64,000 bases of DNA, taken from positions 8,928,001 to 8,992,000 of the forward strand of contig CM060734.1 of the NCBI GenBank assembly GCA_030704615.1. Reading direction: 5' to 3'. Shown one piece after another: positions 26,431-39,870 of this stretch (the stretch's first letter is position 1; the number at the start of each line of letters is the position of its first letter). Both the position numbers and the translations under genes were made by a program. The DNA comes from Takakia lepidozioides (taxonomy: Eukaryota; Plantae; Bryophyta). The notes under the pieces were generated by a model. That model was not told the origin of the DNA and searched no databases. It worked only from the letters and a program-made list of their open reading frames with translations.

Positions 26431-26921
26431 CTATTCTATAAGCAGATCCCGTGAGCAGAAAATTCCGTGAGCGGAATTCTGCTCACGCTTCAAGATCTGC
26501 TCACCTATAAACCATAGACGCCTATTTGACTTAAAAGACCTATTACTGCGCAGAGTGTCCAGTATTACAAGCTCGGTTATGGATGCTGCTTGGATGAATG
26601 AGGGATGAATGGCAGATGAATGTTTGTATGATGAATGAGACATGGATGAATGAAATAAATGAAATAATACAAAGTTATTTTGTAGTAGTAGCTCCGAAAT
26701 CCCCCGAGCTCCGAAATCCTTTAAACCATGCTAGTCTTGCTTGCAAATCAATTATGAAAGTGCAGTGTATATTGCCAACAATGAATCCACATTGCTTTGT
26801 TGATTGAGGAGGGGTTACTTGTCATTTTTCCAGGTATCCAAGGTTGAGAGAGAGGCTCACACCCAAATCTAAAGAAGGCATAGAGGTGAACTCGTGCTTT
26901 ATAAATAAACGTTCCAAAACA

Positions 26922-27280
26922 CGTACTGGGAATTAAGATGTCGTTGACGACACCTTAATCCCCAGCACCTGCACACACACCGCCTTGCCGCCAAGGCTTG
27001 TTCGCCATCAGATTTTTTTGGGTTGAAATTTTTTGGGTGAATTTTTTTTGGGTTTTTGGTTTTTCCATGAATTGTCATGTGACAACTCGTACTGGGAATT
27101 AAGATGTCGTTGACGACACCTTAATCCCCAGCACCTGCACACACACCGCCTTACCGCCAAGGCCGTTCGCCGTCAGATTTTTTTGGGTTGAAAGTTTTTG
27201 GATTAATTTTTTTGGGTGAATGTTTTTGGGGTTTTTGGTTTTTCCATGAATTTTCATGTGCCAACTCGTACTGGGAATTT
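26922..27280. repeat. Tandem ~166-179 bp repeat (two copies plus a partial) containing a ~38-bp hairpin
   Basis: CGTACTGGGAATTAAGATGTCGTTGACGACACCTTAATCCCCAGC at 26922 and 27088; partial third at ~27267. Confidence 0.9.
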
Positions 27281-27769
27281 AAAAAAAAAATAGAATGAAA
27301 AAAAAAACAAAACTAACTAACTAACTAACTAAATCGGAAAATCGCCCAGTAGCAGACCATAATCGGGTGAAGGAGCCGTAGCTCCCTGAGAGAGAGATTG
27401 CGTGGGCCCGTACTTCGCAAGCTTGGAGCTTGAGCGCGAGGAAGGTGCAGATTCGGTTGTGAGCAAGGTACAAGCAGACAGACGAGGCAAGCAGATAGGG
27501 GATCGAGGGAGAGGGCGAGGGCGAGAGTTCCCCAGCAAATTCGGGAAAGAAAAAAGACTTACCCGGCCCCGCGTGGAAGGTCTACGCAGGTGGTGGACGC
27601 TCCCCGCGAGCACACAGGGGCTGGGGAGCTGGCCGTCACTGGGGGTTTCCACTACTCCAAGGAAAGGGTGGTGCGGGTGCGAGCTGAAATCCGCGACCTG
27701 CAGCACACACAAGCGAGGGCGGGGGCGGGTGAGCACACTGCAACGAATTGAAGCAAAAATCAAAACGAA

Positions 27770-28260
27770 GGTGGGGCTTGGGGGCTTACCCGCTGCTGCA
27801 TGCGCGTGCTCCCGATCACCTGCAGAATACACAAGAGCGGGGGAAGGGTCAGCTGCGCACAGACATAGCAGGGGCAGAAATTCACCACCCCAATTGGTGG
27901 ATTAAAAGCTGAACGAACGGGGGGTGGCAGCTTGGGGGCTTACCCGCCAGCTGCGAGAGAGAGAAAGGGAGCGGGGGCAGGGTCACCGCACAGCAGGGGC
28001 AGAAACACCACCCCACTGTGGCCAATTAAAAGCTGAACGAACGAACGGCCCGGGTGGCTTGGGGGCTTACCCGCCAGCTGCGAGAGAAAGAAAGGGAGCG
28101 GAGGCAGGGTTTAACAAGGGGCTGAAACGCCACCCCAATTGGCCAATTAAAACTAGAACAAAGGGAGGGCGGGGGGGCTTGGGGGCTTACCCGCTAGCTG
28201 CGCGGACGCACGCTCCCTCCTCTGCGCTCCCGATCACCTGCAACACATTACACATAGGGA
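27770..28260. repeat. GC-rich imperfect tandem repeats (GCTTGGGGGCTTACCCGC x4)
   Basis: Copies near 27776, 27930, 28057 and 28177. Confidence 0.8.
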
Positions 28261-28429
28261 GCCGCGATGGAGTGAGCACAGAGAGACGAGGGGGGGAGAG
28301 GCAATTCCCCCCAAAATGTTGGATGCAGCTTGAGAGAGAATGCACTCATAAGTCGTTGTCTGCAGTAGGCTTGTGGCCACAGTTTCAGCGGAACAGAAAA
28401 CGACAGAAACTACCGGACGCAGGTAGTAT

Positions 28430-28620
28430 GACTTACCTTGAAACACACAATTGATCTTAGTTTTCCAGATATCCTCTATAAATCCCTTCTCACAAACATC
28501 TATCTGCTGTGTGTGATATTCTGCATGCGTTGCATACTCTCTTCAGGTTGTCCATACTATGGGCATTTCCAAGCAATCCCCTTCCCTATTTGCATTTGTT
28601 TGCTGTTCAAAGGTAGGGAT
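28430..28620 (-). mobile_element. LINE 3' fragment, same family as 11370 and 47900
   Basis: Shares TTTTCCAGATATCCTCTA.AAATCCCTT...ACAA.CATC.ATCTG with 47936-47985. Confidence 0.7.
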
Positions 28621-29469
28621 CATAAGACGTTGTTTGCCCTAGCCGGAGGGCGAGAGAGAGACTGAATGTACTCATAATGTTGTTTGCCGTAGGCTTGCGG
28701 GGGAGAGAGAGAAAGAGAGAGAGGCGGGGGTCGTCACGTAGTACCGGGCGGCCGCGAGCTAAAGTCCCTTGCAGCGATCTCGACACCCCAACTGCGCACC
28801 ACGTCCGACCTAATCGAGGGTGTATATGTTGCATGAGCGGTGAGCAGGTTTAATCATGAGCATGAGCATAAATTACCATGAGCAGAGCATAATTATTGGA
28901 ATATTTTTAAAATTTGGCACTTATGGAGGTAATTTTGGCCTGCTTTTCATGTACTCAAACAAATCGGCCCTTGATCAAATATGCCATCGAGCTTAGGTTC
29001 GGATACCACAAAGCAGGTTCGACAGTTACCAAACCTGGGTAGTCAGTGCCGATTATAAGTCAATATTGTTATAGACGCGGCTACCGGGGGAATAGGCCCG
29101 TCTTCTATAACCGCGAGTGTTTTTTTTTTTTTTTTTTTCCCCCAAAAATTCCCAAAAATCGACAAACTTTAGTCGGCCGATAATTCAGTTCCCGGGAACG
29201 GGAAGTTGGCACCGACTATGACTATGCCGGAGAATGGCAAGCCGGAGCCGAGGCGATTTACGGCCTAGCGGATAATGAAAATGCGGAAGAGTACAGGGTT
29301 TAGGGTGACATCCTTCTCATTGTATTCACCGCCAGTGGCTGTCGCCCACGTGTCGGCAGTCGAAAACCTCCTGCTGTCCGGCACTTTTGCAGGGGCACTA
29401 CACTAAGGTGCCTTACCAGAGTAGCGCACTCCCACGTTTGTTCTTCCACGACGTTTGTTCATTTCTTAC

Positions 29470-29974
29470 AATGGACAACGCGCCTGTTAATGAATCGGCC
29501 AACAGTCATGCAGCGGAGGGCGAGGGAGACGATAGCCCCGCGCACAACTACTGGTCCTGGCTCGAGGATAATATCGCTTTCTGCATTGCACGGCAGGAAG
29601 CTGAGGCAGAGATTGCGGCTCTACAGAGTGTCAATGTGGACGGGACGGGCGCTGCAAACGATTCAAAACACTCCTCCGATTATGAGGATCCACCTACAGA
29701 CTACTCAACCTCGGACGATGAGGAAGTAGAGGATGAAGCCAAGAACTGGCAATGGAGTGGTGCGTCTATTGTAATTATTTCAAGTTCTTTCCCTGAGTAT
29801 GTTCTTCCTGCGGATACAGATGCACACGAATCCTGCGGTATTTGCTTGGAGTCTCCACAAGCTGGAGACTATGTTCGCACCCTCAGTGTCTACTTGCATT
29901 CTTTCCACACTGAGTGCATAGATACATGGATGCAACTCAATGCCTCGTGCCCTCTCTGCCGACAAAGGTTTTGA
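29470..29974 (+). CDS. Intronless acidic protein with a degenerate RING-H2 finger, likely transposon cargo or pseudogene
   Basis: CGICLE...VRTLSVYLHSFHTECIDTWMQLNASCPLCRQ; the third Zn ligand Cys is replaced. Confidence 0.75.
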
Positions 29975-30629
29975 GCAAACATAGGCATTGCGTTTTATTT
30001 GAGTGAACCTCAAGTCCCGAATCGCTTGTCCTCGGGTATACATTATGTGTCTGTAGAGTTCGTTCGGACTTTGAAGTCCAATAATGTAAAACTTTGTTGT
30101 TTATAAAGTTTGATTCCAAAATGAGAGAAACATTTCTGTTCGACTTGTAAGGCGCATTGTTTTTGCATGGTTTGCCATTTGGTTATGTTGTAGTCAACTC
30201 ACAGCTAGAGGAATCCTAAGTGCATGTGAGGATACAAGTGTCTGGCTGCAGGAGGTAATGGACTGGAAAGTCGGCAACGACTTCAACGACTGGCATGACA
30301 TGAATATGCTTAGGCTCCATTCATACTTAATACGGACATGTAGTTTGGGTCGAACATCATGAGAGGGATAAAAGACAAACTTGAAAAACCTAAAGGTGAG
30401 CTCTGCTACCACAATGTCAATTTGGGTTTACAGAGGTTATATTAAGGTCGGCGCCAACTTATGTTCCAATATAAACAGCTCATGATATTTTTCCTCATGC
30501 TCGTGCCCATGATCTTTAAGGGAATGCTCATGGCAAAGTCATTGGCTCGTCGAGCCCTTACCATTCAAAGTCGGCACCAATTTTAACGACTGGAATAGAG
30601 CCCAGTCCAATTAGATCCACCTACAAGTC

Positions 30630-31400
30630 ACCAGTCAGCTAGTCATAAGTCCGCTCATGTGAGCTCCCCGGTGAACTAGCTGGAATAATGTGCACCTGCA
30701 GCTCGTACACTTTATAGTCGGCATAGACTACAACGATTTGAATTGTATGAAAATGTGAAAGATCCGGTGAACTACAATCATTTCTTGCAGAAAGCTAAGC
30801 AAGTCTACGAAGTAAGTCAGATAAGCAAGTCATCCAAAAAGTCAGCAGTCATAAGTCCGTTCATGTGAGCTCCCGGTGAACTAAATGGAATATTGTGCAC
30901 CTGCAGGTCGTACACTTTATAGTCGGCACAGACTATAAGGATGCGAATTGTATGAAGATGCGAAAGACCCGCCTACGACAAGCATTTTGTGCAAAAACAT
31001 AAGCAAGTCTATGAAGCAAGTCAGATAGGCAAGTCAGCCAAAAAGGCAACAGTCACAAGTCCGCTCATGTGAGCTCCACGGTGAACTAAATGGAATATTG
31101 TGCACCTGGAGCTCGTGCACTTTATAGTCGGCACAGACTAGAATGATTCGAATTGTATGAAGATGCAAAAGATCCGCCAACAACAAGCATTTTGTGCATA
31201 ACGATAAGCAAGTCCATGAAGCAAGTAAGATAAGCAAGTCAACCAAAAAGTGGGCAGTCAGATGTGAGCTCATGTGAGCAACACCGGTCAACTGAATGGG
31301 ATTGGAATTGTATGATAATGCTTAATATCCGCCAAGAACAAGCATTTCGTGAAAAAATATAAGCAAGACTATGACAACAAACTGCTCAGCTCATGTGAGC
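30630..31400. repeat. Tandem repeat with a ~205-bp unit, about 3.5 copies
   Basis: AAGTCCG(C/T)TCATGTGAGCTCC...TATAGTCGGCA.AGACTA recurs at ~30647, 30853 and 31057. Confidence 0.92.
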
Positions 31401-31667
31401 TCCTCCTCGGCCATGAAAGCTTATTTCAAGTTCAAAGTGTACACTAAAAAATATGGCATCAGAAAGTAGTGGATCTGAAGAGACCACGCAGAATAAGGAT
31501 ATCTGTGGGCTCACTATGGGAACCAAGGACAAGGGTCGCGAACTAATATTCCCTTGACCTCATGTAAGGTGAGCGTAGGGTGATTTATCTCCTCCTGGTC
31601 TCTCGTACCTTCAAACGGCGCAACATAATATAGTACATATGTTTGCAATGGGTGTAAGCTCATTTGG

Positions 31668-31836
31668 ACAACCAGCATGTAGCCTAGTGTTAATGGGCAC
31701 ATACCATGTTGGATGTGGTTGTGGGTTCAAACCACGGTCTGGTGTGTCATGAAGGGTGTCCACCTTTTAGCTGGAAGGCAGCAGCCCTTGTGGTGAAGAG
31801 ACACCATTATAATTTACGCTCCCTTCGAGAGCCGTC

Positions 31837-31860
<24 letters not shown>
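31668..31860 (+). mobile_element. tRNA-derived SINE, copy 3, with a (TA)n tail
   Basis: TAGCCTAGTG and GGTTCAAAC boxes; homologous to the other two copies. Confidence 0.8.
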
Positions 31861-31869
<9 letters not shown>

Positions 31870-32863
31870 GCTCATTTGGAACTTTTCATTTTGCCAAAGT
31901 CAAGGCAGGTGCACTCCGCAAACATTGTACACCTCCCCTGCTTTGGCTGATCTCGGTGTGCACACTGCACAATGTGTATACACGTCCAATTCTAGGGCAA
32001 GGAACATCTTTGAATGATTGCACAGTCGTCTTCAAAGATTGTCCTAGCTCGATCTTCTTCCGAGCTTATGATGTCAATTTCTTCCGCCGATATATTTTGT
32101 TCCATCTCTTCGTGGCATATATGTCCGAATCCAGGTGATTGCTATCATCCGCAACACTATCCCACTCACCCTGGACAGTGTTCATGTCCTCTGTGGGAAC
32201 AAGTCGAAATCCTGCTTTCGTCAAGGAGTCAACCTCCTCCTGACTTAGATTGGTCCCAACCATCACATGTCAGACGTCCGGAACATCAGGTCTATCAAGC
32301 ATATATCGCCTCGATCCACCACCCACACAGTAGACGATGTTTGTTGGACAGTGCCACATTTCCATCATCTTGCGTTTCGCCAGAGCCGGAGGATGGTGGC
32401 GACCAACATACCTGGGAGCTGGAACACCCAAACTCTGGAGTGGCTAGATTTCCTCTTTGCATGGCTTCGCACTGTCAGACCGTACTGCCCAGCACTTCAC
32501 TCATGAAGTGTTCGAAGTTCGAGCAATGTGCCAGCATGCCGTGGATACCGCGGTCTCCAAAACAGGCTTTCTGTTCTGTATTGGAAGGTCATCCTCCAAG
32601 GTCTCCGTAGACATGTCTACAGTACTTGTGCTAACTTTTGGTCCACCGGCACCTTCACGTTGTTTGGGTGTCGTTCGGAGGTGTAAGTCAGACCTCCAAG
32701 AATGAACGTGTTCCTCAACTTGTAAGTTGCCGAGAACAATCGTCCTCTTTGTTGTTCGTGTAAGAAGGTCACCCTCCAGCCCTGGATTTCTACCATGAAG
32801 TGGAGTGCCATCAATGAAACTTCTCACCGCTTCAGCCATTTTAGTAGGATCAGACAACTGCAC
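31870..32863 (-). pseudogene. C-terminal relic of a third, distantly related MULE transposase
   Basis: AEAVRSFIDGTPLHGRNPGLEG, WHIARTS, VGTNLSQEEVDSLTKAGFRL and ECTCLDF align by eye to ARAVSICADGTPLVGRVPHLEG, WHIERTS, MGTGLTHREIAMLEEAGFSL and NCTCPDF of the 53677-55059 exon. Confidence 0.85.
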
Positions 32864-33228
32864 TGCGCACGTGCTAGTAATTGTTCACGGTCGGGACCGA
32901 AACCCTTAGCCCCACCCTTCAGATAATTGTTGTAAGAAGATGATTGTAAAATTGCCCTTGTCATGTCGTCTCAGGTGGTTGTATAGAGGTCGACCTTCAA
33001 CACACAGCTCCCGGCCTGCCAGCTCATATGTACGGACTCAGACATGTTGACATTTGGCATTGCAGCGTCGTCCTCTAGCTTCAGACCCTGCAAGTGACAT
33101 GTCCAAAACAAGTTCTATGTGCCCACCGCAAAGGTATAAGTCTGATAAACAAACTCTAGGGAGTGAAACGGCACGGCTACCCCTCCAAATATAGGCCTTC
33201 AGAGGAGCAATTGGCGTCAGGCGGAGAC

Positions 33229-33616
33229 ATAATCGGCACCGACTACAGTCATCTGCAGATTCAGCATTCGGCCCATATTGTGGTCAGTGCAGACCATAAG
33301 CACATAGTCAGTGCAGACTATAAGTACCACAGATAATGCCAAAGCAGCAACGGTTTCCTCCATCTCCGATGACATAGTCGGTGCAGACTATAAATAAATG
33401 TTAACTTATGTTTGGTAAACCACATGCGAGCGAACCGAGGTAGGTATAAAACGGGGCATACACCAAAAAGAATTTTTTGTTACGCGATGATATAGTCGGT
33501 GCAGACTATAAAGTGAACCCACACTCGCTAAACCACATGTGCGCCAACCCAACTAGGTACAAACAGAGGCATAGTCCAAAAACAATTATACAATGACATA
33601 GTCGGTGCAGACTATA
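33229..33616. repeat. Palindrome array ATAGTCGGTGCAGACTAT, about 6 copies; related motifs at 29040-29225 and 30266-31140
   Basis: Copies at ~33304, 33373, 33491 and 33598, with variants at 33229 and 33281. Confidence 0.88.
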
Positions 33617-33889
33617 GAAGCCGACTCCGGATATTGTAATCTAGGATTAGCCTAAAGAGAGGCTTGTCCCTACAAGATAGGCCCTCATTAATGGCTACTA
33701 TAAAGCCATTCTACCATTAATGCAGTGAACCAGCCCCCACTGTCGGGCCCACATGCCCTTTCCCTCGCCATGCCCCTTGCTCGTCATACTCCTCACCATG
33801 CATGCGGGCCCTACCATGCTCTATGAGCCCTCCCCCATGCTCCATGCAAGGCCGGGCCATGTTGCATGATCAGGATATGTTCATACAAG

Positions 33890-36175
33890 TACCTTGAAGG
33901 ACCAGTCTGCAATTAATCAGATTTCAAGCATGCAACCAAATAAACTTCTTGGGCATGACAAAACATATTGCAGCTTCACTCTTTGCCATTTGTAAATATC
34001 CCAAGACATGCATCATGCAAGGCCCCTTGGGTAAGTAAGAACAGCCTGCAATACTACAGATTCAAGACATGTATACACAAGATCTTGATGGACCAGCATG
34101 CAGTTTATTAGATTCCAAACATGCAACCAAGTGACCCACTTGGGCATGACAAGACAGACTGCAACTTCATTCTACACCATGTATAATTGCCCCAGACATG
34201 CATCATGTAAGGCATTTTGGCATGGAAGAAGGGCCTGCCATGTTACAGATTCAAGATATGGACACACAAACACTTTGAATGCCCGAGACCAAGCCCACTT
34301 GGCCAAAAAATAAATCATACATTGTAGGTGCCTGGTCTGATGGCAAAATAAGGCAAATAATCTCTGGCAAAGGTCCAGTAGAACTTACCAACACTGTTTT
34401 CCAGGAGGCTATGTGCCAGGTTTTGCAAATAAAACCTCACTATGCTCCATTCCACACCAAATCCAGGTCTGAAAGAGGCCTGTCATTGCCTTATCAGGCT
34501 GCCATCTTTAAAAATAGGGCCTCCTCTTCCTTAGAACCTAACAGCCATTGATGCCTTACCCATAAACCATACCTCCTCTTTAAGGCCAAAACAGTACCTA
34601 GCTTAATAATCCACAGGCAATGCTGTCAAAGATTCAAGACAAGGTAAGGTCTAGATGTTGGGCTTCAAGAGACAAGCCTGTCAGGCCGAAGTGCTCCATC
34701 AAAGGCAGCAAAACATAAGTCAAAAGTAAGCATCAGCATGCCAAACCAGGAGCAAGTGGGCCGAAAATCGGGGTTGCAGGCAGCAGCCAAGTCAAGACGC
34801 CATACACACTAGGTTCCCTTTGTCCACATCCTTATCTGCAAGCTCAAGAGAATTCAAAGCAAGTAGGGATCCTCACCTGGTCCCATCACAAGCCCCCACA
34901 AAAACCAACAGCTTAGTGAGGATTGTGGAACCCCATGTGAATCACAGACCCCTACACTTGTCATCAATGTCAACTAAGAACCTCAAAAGCAAGAGAGAAA
35001 GACATAAAGCAAAAAGAACCCTAATCACCAAAAGCACCTTGAGCGATTGGGGAAGATAACTGTGCGCCATCGCCACCAGCAAGCCACCTCTAGCAAAGCT
35101 AAGGAGAAGTGAAGCATATAAACACTCTTGCTAGGTTTAAGAAGGGAGAGAGAGATACTTCCCAACACAAGCACCGCTGCGAAAATTAAAAGCCAGAGGA
35201 GAGAAAGAGACGATGCATTCACAACATTGTCTCCCGCCTGTGAGAAGAGACAAAGCGCGGCCATTGCGCATCCCCAGGAGATCGTCCAACATGGGTACGA
35301 TGCAGCAAACAGGGTAGCAGCAAAATGCAGACGCCATAACTCTCATCCCGCGAGCTCAGAAGCACGAGCAGTGCTTCTGACGGCGGGAGAGACACCCTAG
35401 GGCTCATGCCCGATTTTTCATCCGTGCAGGATGAGTAATCAACACCATATTTTTCGAAACCCGACGGATGTCATCCGTTAGCTAGGTTTAAACAGTAGGT
35501 TATAGGGTAGGGGTTAGGGTTTCACTCCTTAATTAATCATAATTAAGGGTAATTAATCATCAGTCCAGGGCCATCATAAGCTGCACATTTCATCCGGTTC
35601 AGATGAAAAAGTCAATGAGTTCATCCGTTGGGGAAAGTTCGTCAGTAGGATGGAAAAACATTAAATATGATCCAAAGCATCGGTTTCACATCCTAACAGG
35701 TAATTCAACATCCCCAAAAAAAATGCCTCATCCAGTACGGAAAAAAGCCATAAAAGAGGAATGAACGAATTAATATCCTGGTATTTTTCATCCGGTATGG
35801 ATGGAAAAATATATATATATGATGCCAGTGTCAACCCCACAGAGGTAATTCCTCATTCTCTGGTGACTCATCTGGTATGGATGAAAGTCAATAAAAGAGG
35901 ATGAAAAAAATATAGACTCAACTTAGAGGTAATTTAGTGTCCACCCAGGTAATTCATCTGGTATGGATAAAAAATATTATAGGGCGGGTGAAAAAACTGT
36001 TTAGAGTCCATCCAGTATAGATGGAAAAACAAGTGATAAAACCGGCCAATTCCAAGGAGGGAGGGAGAGAGAGGGAGAGAGAGGGAGACATCAGGGGGTA
36101 ACAAAGAAAAGAAAAGAATGCTCAAAGAAGGTGGGGGGGGGGAGTGACTGAGCAGCTGTTGCTGCTCAGTCACCA
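33890..36175. repeat. Arm A: ~2.3-kb non-coding sequence, inverted homologue of 48709-50730
   Basis: 34866-34995 is a close reverse complement of 49840-49962. Contains a CATCCGGTATGGATG palindrome array (35415-36030), a telobox-like TAGGGTT and a terminal hairpin at 36142-36173. Confidence 0.88.
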
Positions 36176-39100
36176 GGGATGCCTCGGCGTGAGCCTGGTC
36201 ACATGAGCATGTGAGCACGTGAGCGCAACTACGCTCACACCACGTCACCTTGCGCCAATACCACATCACGGGGCTCACTCCACGTCATCACACTTGAAGG
36301 CCGCGTCACCACGCGCCCAAGAAGAAGTGGAGTGTATTCCCGCGGATTGGCACCCTTTACCGCGGAAACAAGCTGGACGACATAATAAAATGCAGTGGTC
36401 ATTCCCACCTGAAAGCAACAGATGAATAAAAGATGGATGAATGTACAGTTGGATGATAAACAGATGGATGAGTGTGAAAAATGAATGTAGATGGATGAAT
36501 GAGGGATGGATAAGAGTCAAATGGATGAATATATAATGGATGTTGAACAATGGAAAACATTCATGACAGGAAGATGCATGACTAAAACTTTAGACGAATG
36601 CACAACGTATATGACATGAGTGTGGTAGGTTTGTGGGGTGGATTAAAGAGTACAGAGGATGAATGTACAATGGATGTTGAATAAAGGAAAACATTCATGA
36701 ATGGAGCACGCATGAATACACTGTAGATGAAAGCACAATGGATATGACAAGAGTGAGGGAGGTTTGTGAGATGGATTCATACATATTGCAATTTAAATGG
36801 TAGTTGATTCTTTGATTATTTTTCTTTCCAAAGGAACAACTACGGTGGAGGAAGGGGATTCAATGTTTTCCAAAGAGGATGAAACAAAATATTAAAAGAA
36901 CATAGTTCAGTCTGACTCAGAGTCAGTACAATGTATCCCCGCTTCCTCTACATCGAAGTCTAAGTATTTAAGAACTCCGGATCTACGCTGGCTACACCTA
37001 CGGCCGGGCAGTAAAAAGTCAGGGGATAGGGACTCGGCCGCGTGAAGTGCCATTGCTTCGGCATAATCAGGAAGCAGAAAATTGGAAAGGGGGCTGTCGA
37101 AAACAGACTCGCCACAAATGACTGTATCTCCTGAAGATCCACCGCTGCCTTTCCTGAAAGACAGCCTGAAAAAGTTATTACTGTAACTTTGATGTTATTG
37201 AGAAATTGAGTATGGCTCCCAAAGTGGGTTTAGCACTTACTCACATGAAAAGTCGTTGTCGACCTGCTTATCTTCGGGATCGTCATCATTTCGAATTTGA
37301 ATCCGATCAGTCTGTGTGCCTGAAGTGGAGCCAGACAAAAGGGGGCGGAGCACTGTGTTGTAGAGGTCAGAATCACCCTCCATGCCAAAAAGGCTTCTTC
37401 CGCCTGCCTTACATGCATGGTAAGTTGCTCCTGCACCAGACATGAGGACATGAACAGTTTGGTGGGGGGGATTTAAGCAGATGGAACTGGTGAAAGAAAA
37501 TCAATTCGGAAGGGAGAGAACGAACTTGTGGACACAGAAAGATCGACCACCCGTGCAGAGTGGTGGCTGCATGACTCCAGCAGTATTTGCATGAACGCTG
37601 GGGATTTTTCCTTTGCACCTCTCCAGGGAGTGCCATCTGGTCTCTTGAGAGTCTGACTGGACTGCATGAAGTTGTACAAAATGTCATCGACATGCGGCTC
37701 ATAGGGGGGGTTGACGAAACAACCCTGGTCAGAAATCTCAAAGCTGCGGATAGAGGATGATGTCTTTGAGGTGCGAATCCTCCGCAGGCAGATCGCCTCG
37801 AACATCCTCATCTGCCAAAGATAGCAGGTTAGTGTGGTAAACACAATCTATAGTGGAAGTGTGTACATCGGCTATTCAGAACTCAGGCATAAAACAATCA
37901 TTTTTATCACGAATCGGTGATGATCGGTGTCGATCATGACAGATTTTTCTAGAGTGGAGCTGTAGAGAACATTGAAACTCATCATGAAAGCACAAGCAGA
38001 AGGGAGACGGCATTCCAGCTGACCAGGGAAACCCCCTTTCACAAGGTAGAGGTTGTTCACACAATTCCATGTGCGCAAAACTTCAAACCCTGAAGACTTC
38101 AGGTATGATGCCAATGCCCGACGACTATCTTTGTCACATGACTGAAAAAGCAGAAGTGTCCCTGCATCAGAGAGGAAATTATTACAGAACCCGAACACCT
38201 AACTCCAGTAGTTGTCCTCGAATTTGTTCCAGCCTGGCGTCTTGCCATTTGGAAGAACTTCTGGCACAGCCTGGCCATCCGGGATGTCGAGAATGACAAT
38301 GTCAGCCGTATATGTTTTCTGCACACGGCACACGAAGGTGGGACCAGTGCTCACCTGCAACAGACATGTTTATTTTAAGAACGATGGCAAGAATGTTTTC
38401 AAAGAACCAGACTGAAATACTGCCAATGAAACTTTCAGAGAAAAAGGAAAGAAACTGGAATTCTCACCAGATTGAGGAATGAGATTATGTTGTCCCAGGT
38501 AGGCGAAGGCACCCCAGTGTATCCTCTCTTTCGACTCTGCATCATCGCCAGCCAACCCTCATTGACAATTTTAATCTCTCCTGCCGAATCAGAACGGGAA
38601 GGGTGTGGCTTGGCATCGAACACGCACTGAACTGTGCGGGTATATTTTCCAGCAGTGAAGTCCTGCCCACTCTCATTTTCCTTCTCCATCTCCCTTTCTT
38701 TCTGTCCCTTTCCTTTTCCTTCTCTTTGGACTTGTCTTTGTCCTTTGGCTTTGCTGGTGAGATGGCTATGACATTAGGAGCCTTATCTTTTGGTTTGCGG
38801 CCCGCCTTCTTTCTCTTTTGCGGCGTTCCCTGATCATCAGGCTCCTTGGCAGCCAATGTTGTTATGTTTCTTTGGTACTGCTCGTCAGTCGGAGGCGCCA
38901 GCATCTCATCATTATTGTTCAAATATTTCATGTGCTGTTCTTGAAAGGTCGTGTGCTCCGGTGGGCAGTCAAGGTACCAGCCACAGTCTCTGAAGTGAGA
39001 AGGACTCCAATCCTTCAATATCCCTGTAGTATACATGGTTGGATTGTTTGCTGGGTCCGACCACATGTCAAGATAGTCTGGAATACCGCTCAGGTGATTT

Positions 39101-39264
39101 CCTTCCATAAGCACATATTTTGTGTATCTGTTAAACAGGAGATAAATCCCAACCCACCAAAGCGCGAAGTGAGTAAGATGCAAGTAGCACAGAATGAAAA
39201 AAAAAACAAGGAATGAAATGGCTCTGAGAACTGCTCCAAGGAGCTCTCAGGACCACACGACAGC

Positions 39265-39870
39265 TCTGGATGTGAATGTTGTCAACGCCATTCAAAAAAT
39301 TCCATTCAATGATACTGCAAATACACCCTAATCCACGTGAATGCAAACTTTCGCTTTGGAATGACACAGACATAGAAGTCAATGTCGTCAACGTCATTCA
39401 CTTTGGATTTGTGAATACACTGCTAATCAAGCCTGATGATTTCTCAAAAGAGGCAAAATCATTGGATGGAAACTGAATGTCGGCAACGACATTCAGAAAC
39501 TCGAGTAAGGAACCCTCCCTAAAAACTCAATGGACATTCAAAACGTACATAACACTGAGGACCTCATAATAACAGTGGATGTGAATGGCGTCAACACCAT
39601 TCACAAAATTCCGAACAAGGAACCAATAAATACACCCTAAGCTCCTAATCCATGTAAATTCAAATTGTCGTTGGTGAATGACACAGACATAGAAGTCAAC
39701 GACATTCACTTTGGATCTCTGATAACACAGCTAATCAAGCCTCAAGATTTCTCGCAAGAGGCAAAAGCATTGCAGAACAACTGAATGTCTGCATTGACAT
39801 TCAGCAAACTGGAGTGAGGAACCCTCACTGTAAACTCTATGGACATTACAAAAACTTACATATCTCTGAG
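39265..39870. repeat. Intronic ~308-bp tandem duplication carrying 22-bp palindromes TGAATG(G/T)CGTCAACG(C/A)CATTCA
   Basis: Palindromes at 39273, 39379, 39474, 39582 and 39782; half-site at ~39695. Confidence 0.88.

Noticed and set aside
27329-28454. Long overlapping ORFs of 167-176 aa
   Set aside because: GC-rich repetitive DNA with no protein motif; likely spurious.
35503-35525. Interstitial telomere
   Set aside because: Only one or two telobox-like units; more consistent with a promoter motif.
36142-36173. Helitron 3' hairpin
   Set aside because: No CTRR terminus after the hairpin and no Rep/helicase sequence in the window.
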